A stretch of DNA of 63,659 bases, filler included. It is 9 parts of 9 records of this genome, joined end to end, with 100 filler letters (N's around TTAATTAATTAA, not from the genome) between each part and the next. Parts side by side here need not be neighbours in the genome. Positions count along the whole stretch, not along the records: positions 30,676 to 38,432 come from SRR7504441_9436; positions 38,533 to 42,793 come from SRR7504441_9439; positions 42,894 to 50,554 come from SRR7504441_9446; 6 more parts are not named here. One strand, written 5' to 3'. Both the position numbers and the translations under genes were made by a program. The notes under the pieces were generated by a model, which searched no databases, had not been told where the DNA came from, and saw only the letters and a list, made by a program, of their open reading frames with translations. Within the stretch, counting starts at the first letter, position 1. The number at the start of each line of letters is the position of its first letter. This document shows, one piece after another, positions 34,057-44,522 of this stretch.

Positions 34057-37000
34057 ATGCCGGGCGACGGCGGCTGGTTCCGCGGGCCACCGCCGCCAGA
34101 GCCGGGCAGCCAGCGTGGCAGCGCAGGGAAGGCAGGGCCACCGGTGGTGCTGTTCCCCTCGCTGGCTGGGTCGGTGCTCGAGGCCCAGCAGAGCCCTGTG
34201 GACGGCTGGGCCGACAACGCGCGGGTGTGGATGTCGGTGAGCGGTCTGATGAGCTCGGGTGAGAGCAACCCGTTCAGGATGGTGGTGGAGGATAGCCAAC
34301 TGGCCGCGCACGAGGTGTCACAGCCGTTCGTGCAGCACATGGTGCTGGAAATGCCCGGCGGTGGCGACCCGCCCCAGTTCAGAGTCCGGGCCAAGCCGGG
34401 GCTGGACGGCTGCGAGTACCTGTCGGACCAGTGGTTTGGGGGCGGCACAGTGGTGATGGGGGTGATAAGTGAGATGCTCAAGGCAAATGGCTACAGCGAG
34501 TGGAACGGCCAGTCGGGCGGGATTATCGGCGCCAGTTTTGACTGGCGGATAACCCCTCTGCAGCTTGAGGCCAGGGACCAGTACTTTAGCAAACTGATGG
34601 CCCAGACCGAGGCCATGGTGGCTGCCGATCCGGAGCGCAGGCCGGCGGTGGTTCTCGGATTCAGCCTGGGGTGTCGGATTGCAAAGTACTTTTTGCACTA
34701 CTGTCACGCCACTAAGGGCGAGCACTGGATGAGTCGGCACATCCGGGAGTTTGTGTCTCTGGGCGGGCCGTATCTCGGTGCGGTCTCACTTCTCCAGGCG
34801 GTGATGGTCGATGGGACCTTCCCTCCTCTCGACCTGCTCTTCACCCAGTCACAGATGCTTACTATTCTCCGGTCGGTACCCGTCGGCAGGTATCTCCAGC
34901 CGTCATTCAATTGGGACGACGGTATGAACATGCCGTTTCTGTTCATCAGAGATCAGCTCTACTTGTCGTTAGCGATTGGCCAGGTTGTCAACTCTGCAGG
35001 CATAGTTCCGCTATTCCCTGAGAGCACCCGTCTGCAGCTCCTGCACCGCGGCCGCACTGGCCTGTGCACCCAGCCGCTTAGTTTTCATGCAAGCAAGCCA
35101 TTCTCGGAGCGCGTGGTGTTTGCTCTGCAGCCGGATGCCACTGAGGCCATGATTCAGGCTCAGCTTGTTGGACCAGATGACGTTGTACTGGCAGCCTCCA
35201 CTATCCCGACCAATGCGATTCGCGCTGTGCTCATGGACTCGTCGGCCGCCCCGACCGTTCGGATTGACCTACACGTGGACGATCAGTCAAGCCACCTCCT
35301 CGACAATGCGAGTGACTGGGATCGCAAGGAAAAGCGCGTAGGCCAACTGGTGCTGGGAGTCAGGCTGACTGATAGCCGGTCGCTCTCCAGATGGGGCGAG
35401 CGGCCGGATTCTGACGAGGATCATCCGCTCTCGCAGCATTGTGGCGGCACCAAGGCCACGTACAATAGATGCACTGACTCCTGCCGTAAGACGAAGCCAG
35501 CCAGCTGGAGTCCCGGACGGCCTGCCGCTTTGCAAGCTTATGAGCGGCTGTTTGAGCCAGCTGCAGCAGAATGGCAGGTTCCGGCTCCTGGCGGAGACAC
35601 GCAATGGGATACTGTACCACCACCGGTTAGCAAGGTGACTGCCATCTATGGTGTGAATCTTCGCACCCCGCGAGCGCTTTTCTTGAAGCATAGGGACGTG
35701 TTTGTGACTGGAGGAACAGTCAAAGAGGTGTTTCCAAGGAGCCATGGTGCCTTAAGGGAGGTGGCAGGTGCAGGCAGCCATGACACTTGATCCTGAGGGG
35801 GATGTTGAGGGTCTGATGACGATTCTGGGTGTTGGACTAGAGACCAACGATGTGCCGCAGAAGCAGCCCGATACAAGGGAGCAAGTTTTCCTCAGCGGCG
35901 ACGGAACTGTCAATTATCAGGTGCCTCCTAGATCGACACACGCTGTGTCTGATCTGATGTTGCAGTCACTCCGATGGCCTGCGATGTGGCATTCGGAAAG
36001 CTGCCAGGTCAAATGCTTTGAGTTGCCCGCGTGCTCTCATCGAGGGGTTTCTTATGACCCACGGATGCTTAAGCTGCTAAGAAGTGCTCTCGATTTAGCA
36101 GAGCCTGAAGTTCAGGAAACTGTCGAGGATGAAATCCTGGGCGTAGCTAAAGTGGCCACTGGAAGGTTTGGAGACATCTGGCGATATTGCTCCGGTTTTG
36201 TCTGTTGTGCCGCCTTAAGCAAATTTGGTTTCCGGTCGCTGAACACAGAACGCAGCAAGTTCGCTTTGATAGTTCAGGTGATAGCACTGCTCAGCATTCT
36301 GCTTTGCATCTTGCTGTTGGTCTACGGAGTCACTAAGAATTATCAATTCATCAGCATTTTCCCTTTTGCAAGTGGCGATGTGACGGTGGACGATTATTGG
36401 CAGGCTGTAGTCCTCGGACAAATCGCCGTTCTCAAGAACCAACAGAAGTTCCTCGGGATCCTCACCTTCTCATACAAGGGTTCAGTGCAATCACAGTCTA
36501 AGACAGTAACTAAATTCATGCAAATTCAGTGGTTTGAGAGCGACACGTCCTGTGGCACCCTGACGCAAGAATATACGTATTACCTGAATTCGGATTGCAC
36601 AAGAATGTTCTCCACAGCGGCCGGTACATTCTTTTACATAAGGACAACGGAAGAGTTCAATCCCGATACGTCGACGTGGGTTCCTAGCAATGTTGCGTTC
36701 TTTCAAACAAATGCTGACTGTTTAACAAAAACTAACTCCATAAATCAGAAACTGACCAGTCCTGCATCACTGGCGAAAGGCGAATGTCAGTCGGTGACCT
36801 TGAACATCTTCGGTGTGGCATACAGCGTGAGCTTCAAGCTGGCTTGTGATTTTAGTGAAAGCTATTCTGAGGACTACTCGGTGGACATGGTGGAAGATAA
36901 CTCGGGTACCGAGACTGCATGGCTGATTCTGAAGCAAGGTTCCAATTTCTTTACCACAGGAGGCACCTACAGTTGCCAGCAGGCTACGTGCAGTACTGCC

Positions 37001-37861
37001 ACTGCGGGTGTTGTGACTGCTTTTTCATCGAGCACGTGCACTGGCACAACTACCTCGCGAGTGATGCCCACAGGATCACATGTGGCTAACGCTGCAGCAT
37101 CGCTCGACGTGAACCTGAAATGCGGCTCGGCGCTGGCAACTACAAGCTACCCGCAACTGCAAACTATGGATGCGGAGCATTGCACTATATCCTATGATCG
37201 ATGCAGAGAGGGTTCTGACGACTGGACTGACCCAGAAAATACGCAGTGTAACCAAGGTCTCCAGCCGAAGCTCTGCCAGCACTGCTATGACGCAGGCATC
37301 GAGACCTACGCTGTGTTAGTCGCAGCCGCCGTATTCCAGATACCGCTCACCTGGCTCACATTGACTCGAACCTCTGTTTGGCAAGATGGCCGGTGTGTCA
37401 AGTTTTGGTTTGTACCATTGGCTTGTACTGTTGTCGTTGGAGGTGCCATCGCATACAGCACTTGGTACACAAAGTGCTTTGCTGAGCTGGCTGCCGACGT
37501 GCAAGTTGCTGTGGATAACCTTGCTAAAACGTCCGGTATCGCAACTGGCATAGCCAGCTCGGAATGGTCTTCGGCATCACTATTGATTCTGGGCGGCTTT
37601 GCGTTCATTGTTTTGGCTGTGAATATGATTACACCTGTACCCGAGATTTATAACAACACCTTCCATGATCCCCAACAAATTGAATTCAGAGACAATGACT
37701 TGCCACCCCGATCAAGTATGTCTGATGTAGGCAAAGAATCGTTTTTGCAAAGAAATAACACACTGGTGCTCCCCAAGAACTGGAATGACGCACTAGCAGA
37801 TAGCGGCTTGCGCGAGAAAGAGCTCGAGATGAGCGTAGGTAGTGCAGCCGAACAAATTTAG
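34057..37861 (+). CDS. LCAT/PDAT-like lipase-acyltransferase with inserted C2-like domain, fused to a multi-TM Cys-rich domain
   Basis: PVVLFPSLAGSVLE, SFDWR, GFSLG nucleophile elbow, SLGGPYLGA, AIYGVNLRTP, GDGTVNYQSL and CSHRGV. Introns 35728-35767 and 35921-35965 join the two ORFs; about four TM helices follow. Confidence 0.75.
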
Positions 37862-38130
37862 CCTACATGAAAAATCTTGGGTACCCGATTGTACATGATG
37901 AATTATAAAGAATTATTTCACTTGACATCGACTGAATTCTTTTAGAAACTAGAAGGACTCGTATCTCGTTTCGAGCTCGCGCGTAACAATATATCGCCGC
38001 GCATCCGCCGGTGGCCGGCTATTCTGTCATTTTTGTTTTAAATTTTCAACTGAGTTCAAGAGTGAATACAATACTCGTAATCATCGTGATTATATAATTC
38101 TACGCACGGTGCTAGGCTGCGCTAGGTAAT

Positions 38131-38432
38131 CTACACGCTAGACAGCGAGTTCCCGGCCGGCGACGGGTGCCAGGTCGTCCCCGTCCCAATTGACAGTCTA
38201 GCACTCGATCGAGGAGTCGGTCGCGAACTTGGTACGAACTTGGCGCCAACCCGTTCCTTGTGTGCCGCAGCCTCGGCCGGCATCCGGCGGTACTCGGCCT
38301 TGTAGCTCCCGTTGAACTTTTGCAGCAGCTCGTCCACCTTGCCCTCCTTGCGCATCATCCAGAGTGCCGGCGCAGCCTTCTTGCTCGCCCTCGACCTACC
38401 CTCGACCTGTTCTCAACAGCCATCCCTGACAT
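38131..38432 (-). CDS. C-terminal fragment of an unknown protein
   Basis: Protein-like frame (KEGKVDELLQKFNGSYKAEYRRM) ends at 38131 before an AT-rich tract; cut by the contig edge. Confidence 0.3.
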
Positions 38433-38532
38433 NNNNNNNNNNNNNNNNNNNNNNNNNNNNNNNNNNNNNNNNNNNNTTAATTAATTAANNNNNNNNNNNN
38501 NNNNNNNNNNNNNNNNNNNNNNNNNNNNNNNN
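38433..38532. other. Artificial contig linker
   Basis: N44-TTAATTAATTAA-N44. Confidence 0.99.
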
Positions 38533-39401
38533 TGCTGCTCGTGCTGCTGGGGATGCCGGCGCAGGCCCGGCGGGGCATGTCTGGTACGCTCAGCTATGGC
38601 ACCCCCCCGTCGGACACCGGGTCCAACAACCGGGCTGGCAACGATGAAATGGACGACGAGTTGGACCTTACCGCGCTGGATCTGGCCGAGGATGTGGGCG
38701 AGGGCGCGGCCGAGCAGCCGTCCAACTCGTCCGCGGATGTGGCGGCGATCTTGGACACCGCTCCAGGCGTGAGCGAGGTCGGGCACGACATCACCGGCAT
38801 ATTTGAGGACGGCAGATTCGCCGAGTTGACCTGGTCGCGGACCCAGAAGAAAATGGCTGAATCGCGCAATGAGCTCCAGACTTCCGCGGAGCTGGCGACG
38901 CTCGCCAGTATGAACACTAGCACAGTAGATGAAGACGGCCCCGAGTTCAAAGCTTTCATGTCGGTATGCAAAGACTCGTTGATAATGTCAGAGGTGAAGG
39001 TTTACAGACACTACAAGGACGTGAAAGACATATGCTCGTTCAACTCTAGCTCGCCAGCGGTGAAGTCGGTGCTGAACACGTTGCAAGAGGAAACAGACGC
39101 TGGGAATATCGATTCAAAAGGCAGGAACTCTAGGGTCATGACAAAAATGCAGAATCACGGCTTCAGGGCCATACTAAAGACGGGCTGGACCCCAGACTCC
39201 TATCACTTTGGTAGTTATGTTTGTAAGCAGATAGGCAACGTCATCGCAAAGGGTAGGACATTGGAGACGGCCGTAAAGCACTACCTCCCGGAATACACTG
39301 TTGCTGCAATGAAGATCATGTGCTGCAATAAGTATGGTTGCATCACCCACAAGAGGTGTTCTTCAGAGGACCCAATCAAGGGCCAATGCGTCGCAATGTG
39401 A
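38533..39401 (+). CDS. Hypothetical intronless protein, probably 5'-truncated, Cys/His-rich end
   Basis: Open frame of about 290 codons: acidic low-complexity region, globular region, then CCNKYGCITHKRC. Confidence 0.45.
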
Positions 39402-39790
39402 GTAGCATTCCAAGGAGGACGTGTAAGCTACGATTTGTAGGCGCTTTAACCCTTGCATTGCATTCAGTTGCGAGTGTTTCGAAAAGCCTCAAAGTCTTAT
39501 TGTATTGATTCAATACATTTGTCATGTTTATGGCGGTCGAATCATTGCGCCGTGCGCCGCAGCTGAGATCAAAAATGAAATAAAGTGGAGATATTCGGAC
39601 AATAAATTGAAGATAGTTGGATACTCGTATTAATTTAAGCCGATTCAAACCGCCGTACGCGTCACGACGCCACCATGTCGTACACATATTCGTCAATGCG
39701 TGGAGTATAGGGCATGCATAGGGAGAAGTAAAATTGGTGTCTCCGTTTAATAAGTTGAAACGCGGCATGCATTCTTATGAGCGTTCTGCT

Positions 39791-39850
39791 CCAGGACTCT
39801 CAAGCTAGCGGCTCGCTTTGCGATGCGCCGCCGACCATCATTAGCCCGGC
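39791..39850 (-). promoter_or_regulatory. SECIS element (form-2-like) in the 3' UTR of the Sec-peroxiredoxin
   Basis: Minus strand reads GGGCU-A-AUGAU-GGUCGGCGGC-GCA-UCGC-AAA-GCGA-GCCGCUAGCU-UGAG-AGUCC: helix I, UGAN/NGAN quartet, 10-position helix II (9 pairs) and an apical mini-stem, about 100 nt after the stop. Confidence 0.8.
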
Positions 39851-39946
39851 ACCCCTACAGGACTAGGAGCGCAGACTGCGGTGTTGCAGCCATCGTACTA
39901 CTCTCGATTCGGAGCCCAATCAAATACCTCGCCGTCGCCGAGCTGA

Positions 39947-40604
39947 CTACTCAGCCTGCGGCTTCTCGAGGCTGTCCAAGAACTCGATCATCTTTTCGGC
40001 CAACGAGTTGCTCGGATCGTCGTCACCTGCCGGGTCGTTCGCCTTGTTCTCCGCCACGTTGAGTTTCTTGAGCACGCAGTTATCAAATAGTGCCGAGTAC
40101 CGCTGCCACACCCACCAGTCATTCCTGCCGCCCCGGGCTGCTGCCTTGCTCCGGCCTTGCCCGAAATGGTCGTGCGGTCTCGTGTCCAGCATGCGGAGCC
40201 CCATCGCGTCAGTCCAGACCCCATGCGGGTCAGCTAAGAAGCTGCCAGTCCAGTCAGTCCTCACCCGGCCCGGCCACGCACTTCAGCATCGAGCCCTCGC
40301 CGTCCTTGCCCACCTTCTGGCTCTCCGCCCACGCGTCCATGACGGCACCGTCGTTGATGCAGATCACGATTACTTCGTCGATCCCCTTGGCCTTGAGCTG
40401 TGCCTGAGCTGCAAGGTAACCAGGGATCTGGCAGGTGGATCATGTCGGCGTGAAAGCGCCCGGAAGTCCGACCACGACCACTCGCCGGCCGGCGCACCGG
40501 TCGCGCATTGAGACCTTCTGGTTCGGGTGACTCTTCTGCACTGAGACGTCCGGCATGACATCTCCCACGCCGATGGACACCACCTGGGACTCGCAGAGAC
40601 CCAT
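39947..40604 (-). CDS. PRDX5: Peroxiredoxin-5-type (Redoxin) selenoprotein; TGA 40442-40440 read as Sec
   Basis: Exons 40604-40282, 40241-40145 and 40102-39947 (576 nt, 191 aa) give MGLC..IGVGDVMPDV..VVVVGLPGAFTPT*STCQIPGY..LKAKGIDEVIVICINDGAVMDAW..FLADP..GRSKRYSALFDN..KKLNVAE. The in-frame TGA sits exactly at the peroxidatic Cys. Confidence 0.9.
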
Positions 40605-40901
40605 GGCTCGCTCGCCGGGACTCCCTCTGTTGACCTCGGCATTTGCTCACAGGTTGACTCAAAACCTGGTCCGACAGCCAACATGCCCAGGATCCGAACT
40701 GAATGGAACGTCGCCAGTGTTGTGTCGTGTTTACAGAGCCGCGCGTAGTGAATAAGTGAAGCTTTATACAACAGGCTTTATACAATAGGACTTTAGGAGC
40801 CAATTGAAAACCTATATACCATTAACCTAGATATGTACACCGATCGGTCAGTAACGTAGATCTGCACAGATATCCGGATTGATCCATGGATTGATCGCGG
40901 T

Positions 40902-42486
40902 TCATTTGATAGCCACGTACAGCCGGCACGACTTGGACGCGTCGCACAACACGTGATCGCCCAGCTTGGCCAGATCTGTGCTCATCGTCTTCGCTTGCCC
41001 GCCCATCGGCGCAGTTGCATACCTGCAGCCAGCTCACGGCCCGCCACCAGCAAACCGACCATCGTTGGATTACAAACTTGGCCTCGCCCTCGGCCGGGCG
41101 GGCCAGGTGCAGCGCGCGCGGGTCGCACAGTCCGTTCTCATCCTGGCTAGAGAATAGCAAGGCCTCGCCTGCCCCGGGGCTAGGCATCACTCCGGATTAA
41201 GCCTCACCTAGAACTGGAGCAATCGATACATTCAGCAACGGGAAATCCGTCTGTCCGCCCGCCAGCGGCTGGTTGAGATACACCAGCACCGTCCGCATCC
41301 GATCGCCCGCCCGCAGCCCGTGCTGGCAATCCAAGTGCGCAGGGTATGACTGCCCTGGCCTGTAAACCAATAGCTGCCACGCCAGCCCATGTGCCCTCCG
41401 CAGACCCATCTGGGCCTCCAGCCGCTCCGCGAGCTCGTCCAGGAGCGGCTCGTCGCCTGCCTCCATTGGGCGGCCGCAGCATGTGGGCCGGGCACCAGGC
41501 ATCCCTACCACGGAACTGGACCAAGAGAGCGCTGACCCTGCTGCTCCCGGCGTCACACACAGCTTACCTGCCCCAGCTGCAGACCGCCAGCGGGCCCCGC
41601 GCACCGCTCGAATGGACCTTCACCGGCCGAAGCTCCGGGGCCACCTCCGGGGAGAGACAGACCAGTCGAGGCTCTGCATTCCAGTCAATCAATTAATCGG
41701 AGCCGCACGGCCACCGGCGGCTCGTGCAAGCCTCGACTCTGCAAGCTGCCGGAACCGGCCCGCCTCGTCCGCGGTGAGCAGCCCCGGCAGTCGGAGCAGC
41801 TGAGGCGGGGTCGCCCGCAGCACCCCCGCGGCTGCCCCGCACTCAGCCTTGGCGCGAAGCAGGCTGCTACCCGGAGCTGTCAGGCGAAGATCCGCCTGAG
41901 CGTAATATCGCCCGAGACCCGGACGGGCGGCCAGTGCGCGCCGGAGTAGTTCGGACGACTCCGCTACCCGATCCATCAGGCGGAGCTGCCCTCCTAGAGC
42001 GTTGAGACATTCAAAGTCTCCCCCCCGGCCGGCGCAGGCCAGTTCCAGCTGCCCCAGCGCCTCCGCATGCGCCCCAGTGGCCGACAGGCTGGCCGCGTAC
42101 GCCCTGCGCAGCTCGGGCGCGCGCATGGCGGCGGTCGGCAGCCGGCCGAATCGGCGGATCGCGTCGGAGTGCCGGCCGAGCTGGCTGCTGACCGAGGCGA
42201 GCAGCACAGCCAGCCGGGGCCGCTTGTCGGGCGGGCAGTCCGGCTCAGCGGCGGCCAGGTCTGCCAGGGCCTGGTGGTAGTCCTTCTGGACCAGCCGCTC
42301 CAGTCCACGGGAAAGCAGCTCGGCGGAGCTAGGCCCAGCTGGCCCGGAGCGCCACCAGCACCCCAGCCCGGCTGCCAGCCCCAGCAGGGCCACCAGTCCT
42401 GCCGTTCGCAGGCCGCCGGGGGCGCTGGGGGCGCCGAGGGTGCTGGCCCGCCCGCCGGATGGCCGGGGCTTCTTGGACTTCCCCAT
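40902..42486 (-). CDS. Membrane-anchored TPR + prolyl 4-hydroxylase-type 2OG-Fe(II) oxygenase
   Basis: N-terminal TM and TPR-like helices, then YRPGQSYPAHLD, RMRTVLVYLN, GGQTDFP, DPRALH and KFVIQRW. Several ~39-nt introns. Confidence 0.85.
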
Positions 42487-42793
42487 TTCGCGCCCACCGA
42501 AGTCGAGCCGAGGCGGGCTGCCCGGGCGGCGTCCGTTATCCAGATCCGAGTACACGTACCGGTACTCGTACTATAGCTACCAGGTACAAAGTACCTTGGG
42601 TACCATCGTGTGATCAAAATTGAGCTTCGACGGCAATATACGGCAATGATAGCAATGATACGCGCAATACGCGTAGAATTTGGCCTTTCCTGTTTTCATA
42701 CGACGCAATAAAGCTTTACAGAGGTGAATGAAGCTAGCTCGGAAGCTTACATACTCGTACGTAGGTGTTCATTAATTCGATTAATTAGTCTGT

Positions 42794-42893
42794 NNNNNNN
42801 NNNNNNNNNNNNNNNNNNNNNNNNNNNNNNNNNNNNNTTAATTAATTAANNNNNNNNNNNNNNNNNNNNNNNNNNNNNNNNNNNNNNNNNNNN
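42794..42893. other. Artificial contig linker
   Basis: N44-TTAATTAATTAA-N44. Confidence 0.99.
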
Positions 42894-42943
42894 TCCTGCC
42901 ATTGCCGTTTTCGCAGTGGTGAGTAACGACACCTGCCGAGAGC

Positions 42944-44320
42944 ATGTTGGCGTGGGTGGCGCTGCTTGCCTGGCTGGCCGCGGCCTCCGGGTCAGACGGG
43001 TCGCCGGCCGCCCTGGCGTCGTCCATCGAAGCCCGGATCCGGCCGATCCTGCGCAACTTGTCGGCGGCCACCAACCACAGCGCCTGGGCCTTTGCGTACA
43101 AGGACGCCCAAGTGGCCGTACAGCTCTGCGAGGGCTACCGCGACATCCGCTCCCGCACCCCCTGCGCCGCCACGGACGTCTTCGCCTGGGGGTCCACCAC
43201 CAAGACGCACACCAGTCTGCGGATGCTCCAGCTGGCCGAGGCCGGAGTGCTCGGGCTGGAGGACTCGATCGTGGCCCGGGCCGACTCCTTCCTGCGCCGG
43301 ACCACGGGGGCCGACCTGGTGACACTCTTCGGGCCGCTGATCCGGAAGGTTACGCTCCGGAATTTGCTCCAGATGACCTCCGGGCTGCAAGAGTACGATA
43401 ATCCAACGGTCCGAGAGTACCAGAACACCCACCGGGCCGCGGACCTCTCGCCGCTCTGGGTGATACAGAATGCGAACCGGAGCTTCTTGTGCGCGCCGGG
43501 CTCGTGCGGCAGGTACTCGTCCCTCAACTACGTGCTGCTCGGGCTGGCGCTGGCTCAGGCGGAGATGGCTGAGGATTGGGACGGGCTCGATCAAGGTGCA
43601 TGGCGGCGCGGCCGGCCGGTGCCGCTGTCTGGGATGTATTACAGCGACCACGGCCCGATGCACTCGTTCAGCACCGCCACTGGGCGGCACAACGGTACGA
43701 TTCCTGGGTACCAGCCGGTGTGTGGTGAGCCACCGTATCGATTCAGCTGCGTGCCACGGGCGAATGAGTCTGATGTGAGCTCGATGTCTTCCACGCAGGG
43801 CTGGACCTGCGGCAACTTGGCCACCACTGTGGATCAGGTTGCGCTGTACTTCTGGCTGCTCCTTGGGCAAGACGGGGGAGGGTTGCTCAGACCGGATACT
43901 CTGCACAGAGAGATGCTTCACTTCCGCAACTGCCAGTTCTTTGGAGGTGGCCGGGAAGGGCACGGCGGGAATTGCACAGCCGTGTCAGGACCGGGCGGCA
44001 CGGAGCGGCATCCGACCTGGAGCTTTGGGTACGGGCTTGGGATGATGAATTTTACGAGTATGAACTGGGGCTTTGAGAAGGAAGGGCTGTTCTACGGCCA
44101 CAACGGACTTACGTACGGGTTTGGGAGCCAATCCGGATATAACTATGACCTGGAGTTCTCTGTGAGCTTCATCAACAACATCGAGCTCTGGATTGGCCCG
44201 GAGCTGCACGCGGCTGGGACCCAAAACCAGCTCTACACGGAACTGTGCAGCCTTGTGCGCAGCCACCGGCAAGCCCAAGCCGCTGCTAGGAATGCGGCTG
44301 CTGGCTGGCAAGGCTACTAA
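42944..44320 (+). CDS. Secreted beta-lactamase/D-Ala-D-Ala peptidase-family serine hydrolase
   Basis: Signal peptide; SxxK (GSTTKT), VTLRNLLQMTSGL, YSSLNY and YGHNG. Intronless. Confidence 0.9.
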   Translation: MLAWVALLAWLAAASGSDGSPAALASSIEARIRPILRNLSAATNHSAWAFAYKDAQVAVQLCEGYRDIRSRTPCAATDVFAWGSTTKTHTSLRMLQLAEAGVLGLEDSIVARADSFLRRTTGADLVTLFGPLIRKVTLRNLLQMTSGLQEYDNPTVREYQNTHRAADLSPLWVIQNANRSFLCAPGSCGRYSSLNYVLLGLALAQAEMAEDWDGLDQGAWRRGRPVPLSGMYYSDHGPMHSFSTATGRHNGTIPGYQPVCGEPPYRFSCVPRANESDVSSMSSTQGWTCGNLATTVDQVALYFWLLLGQDGGGLLRPDTLHREMLHFRNCQFFGGGREGHGGNCTAVSGPGGTERHPTWSFGYGLGMMNFTSMNWGFEKEGLFYGHNGLTYGFGSQSGYNYDLEFSVSFINNIELWIGPELHAAGTQNQLYTELCSLVRSHRQAQAAARNAAAGWQGY

Positions 44321-44522
44321 AAGTTTATATTAAAGTACATTCGGCGGCTCAGCAATTATATACGAGCACGTATAGACAATGACAATGACGCTATGAAGAT
44401 GTCCAAGTCTTGAGCTTATATTGTATGACTCATAATCTCATCAGTCATCGGCTCCACCGGCACCGTTTACTCGATTTCATCCGGCCAAATGCTCGGCAAC
44501 CGCTAGCTCCACCTGCCCTGTG

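Noticed and set aside
42944-44320. Beta-lactamase-family gene as an antibiotic-resistance gene or bacterial contaminant
   Set aside because: It shares a contig with intron-rich eukaryotic genes, and the fold covers many esterases/peptidases; resistance cannot be inferred.
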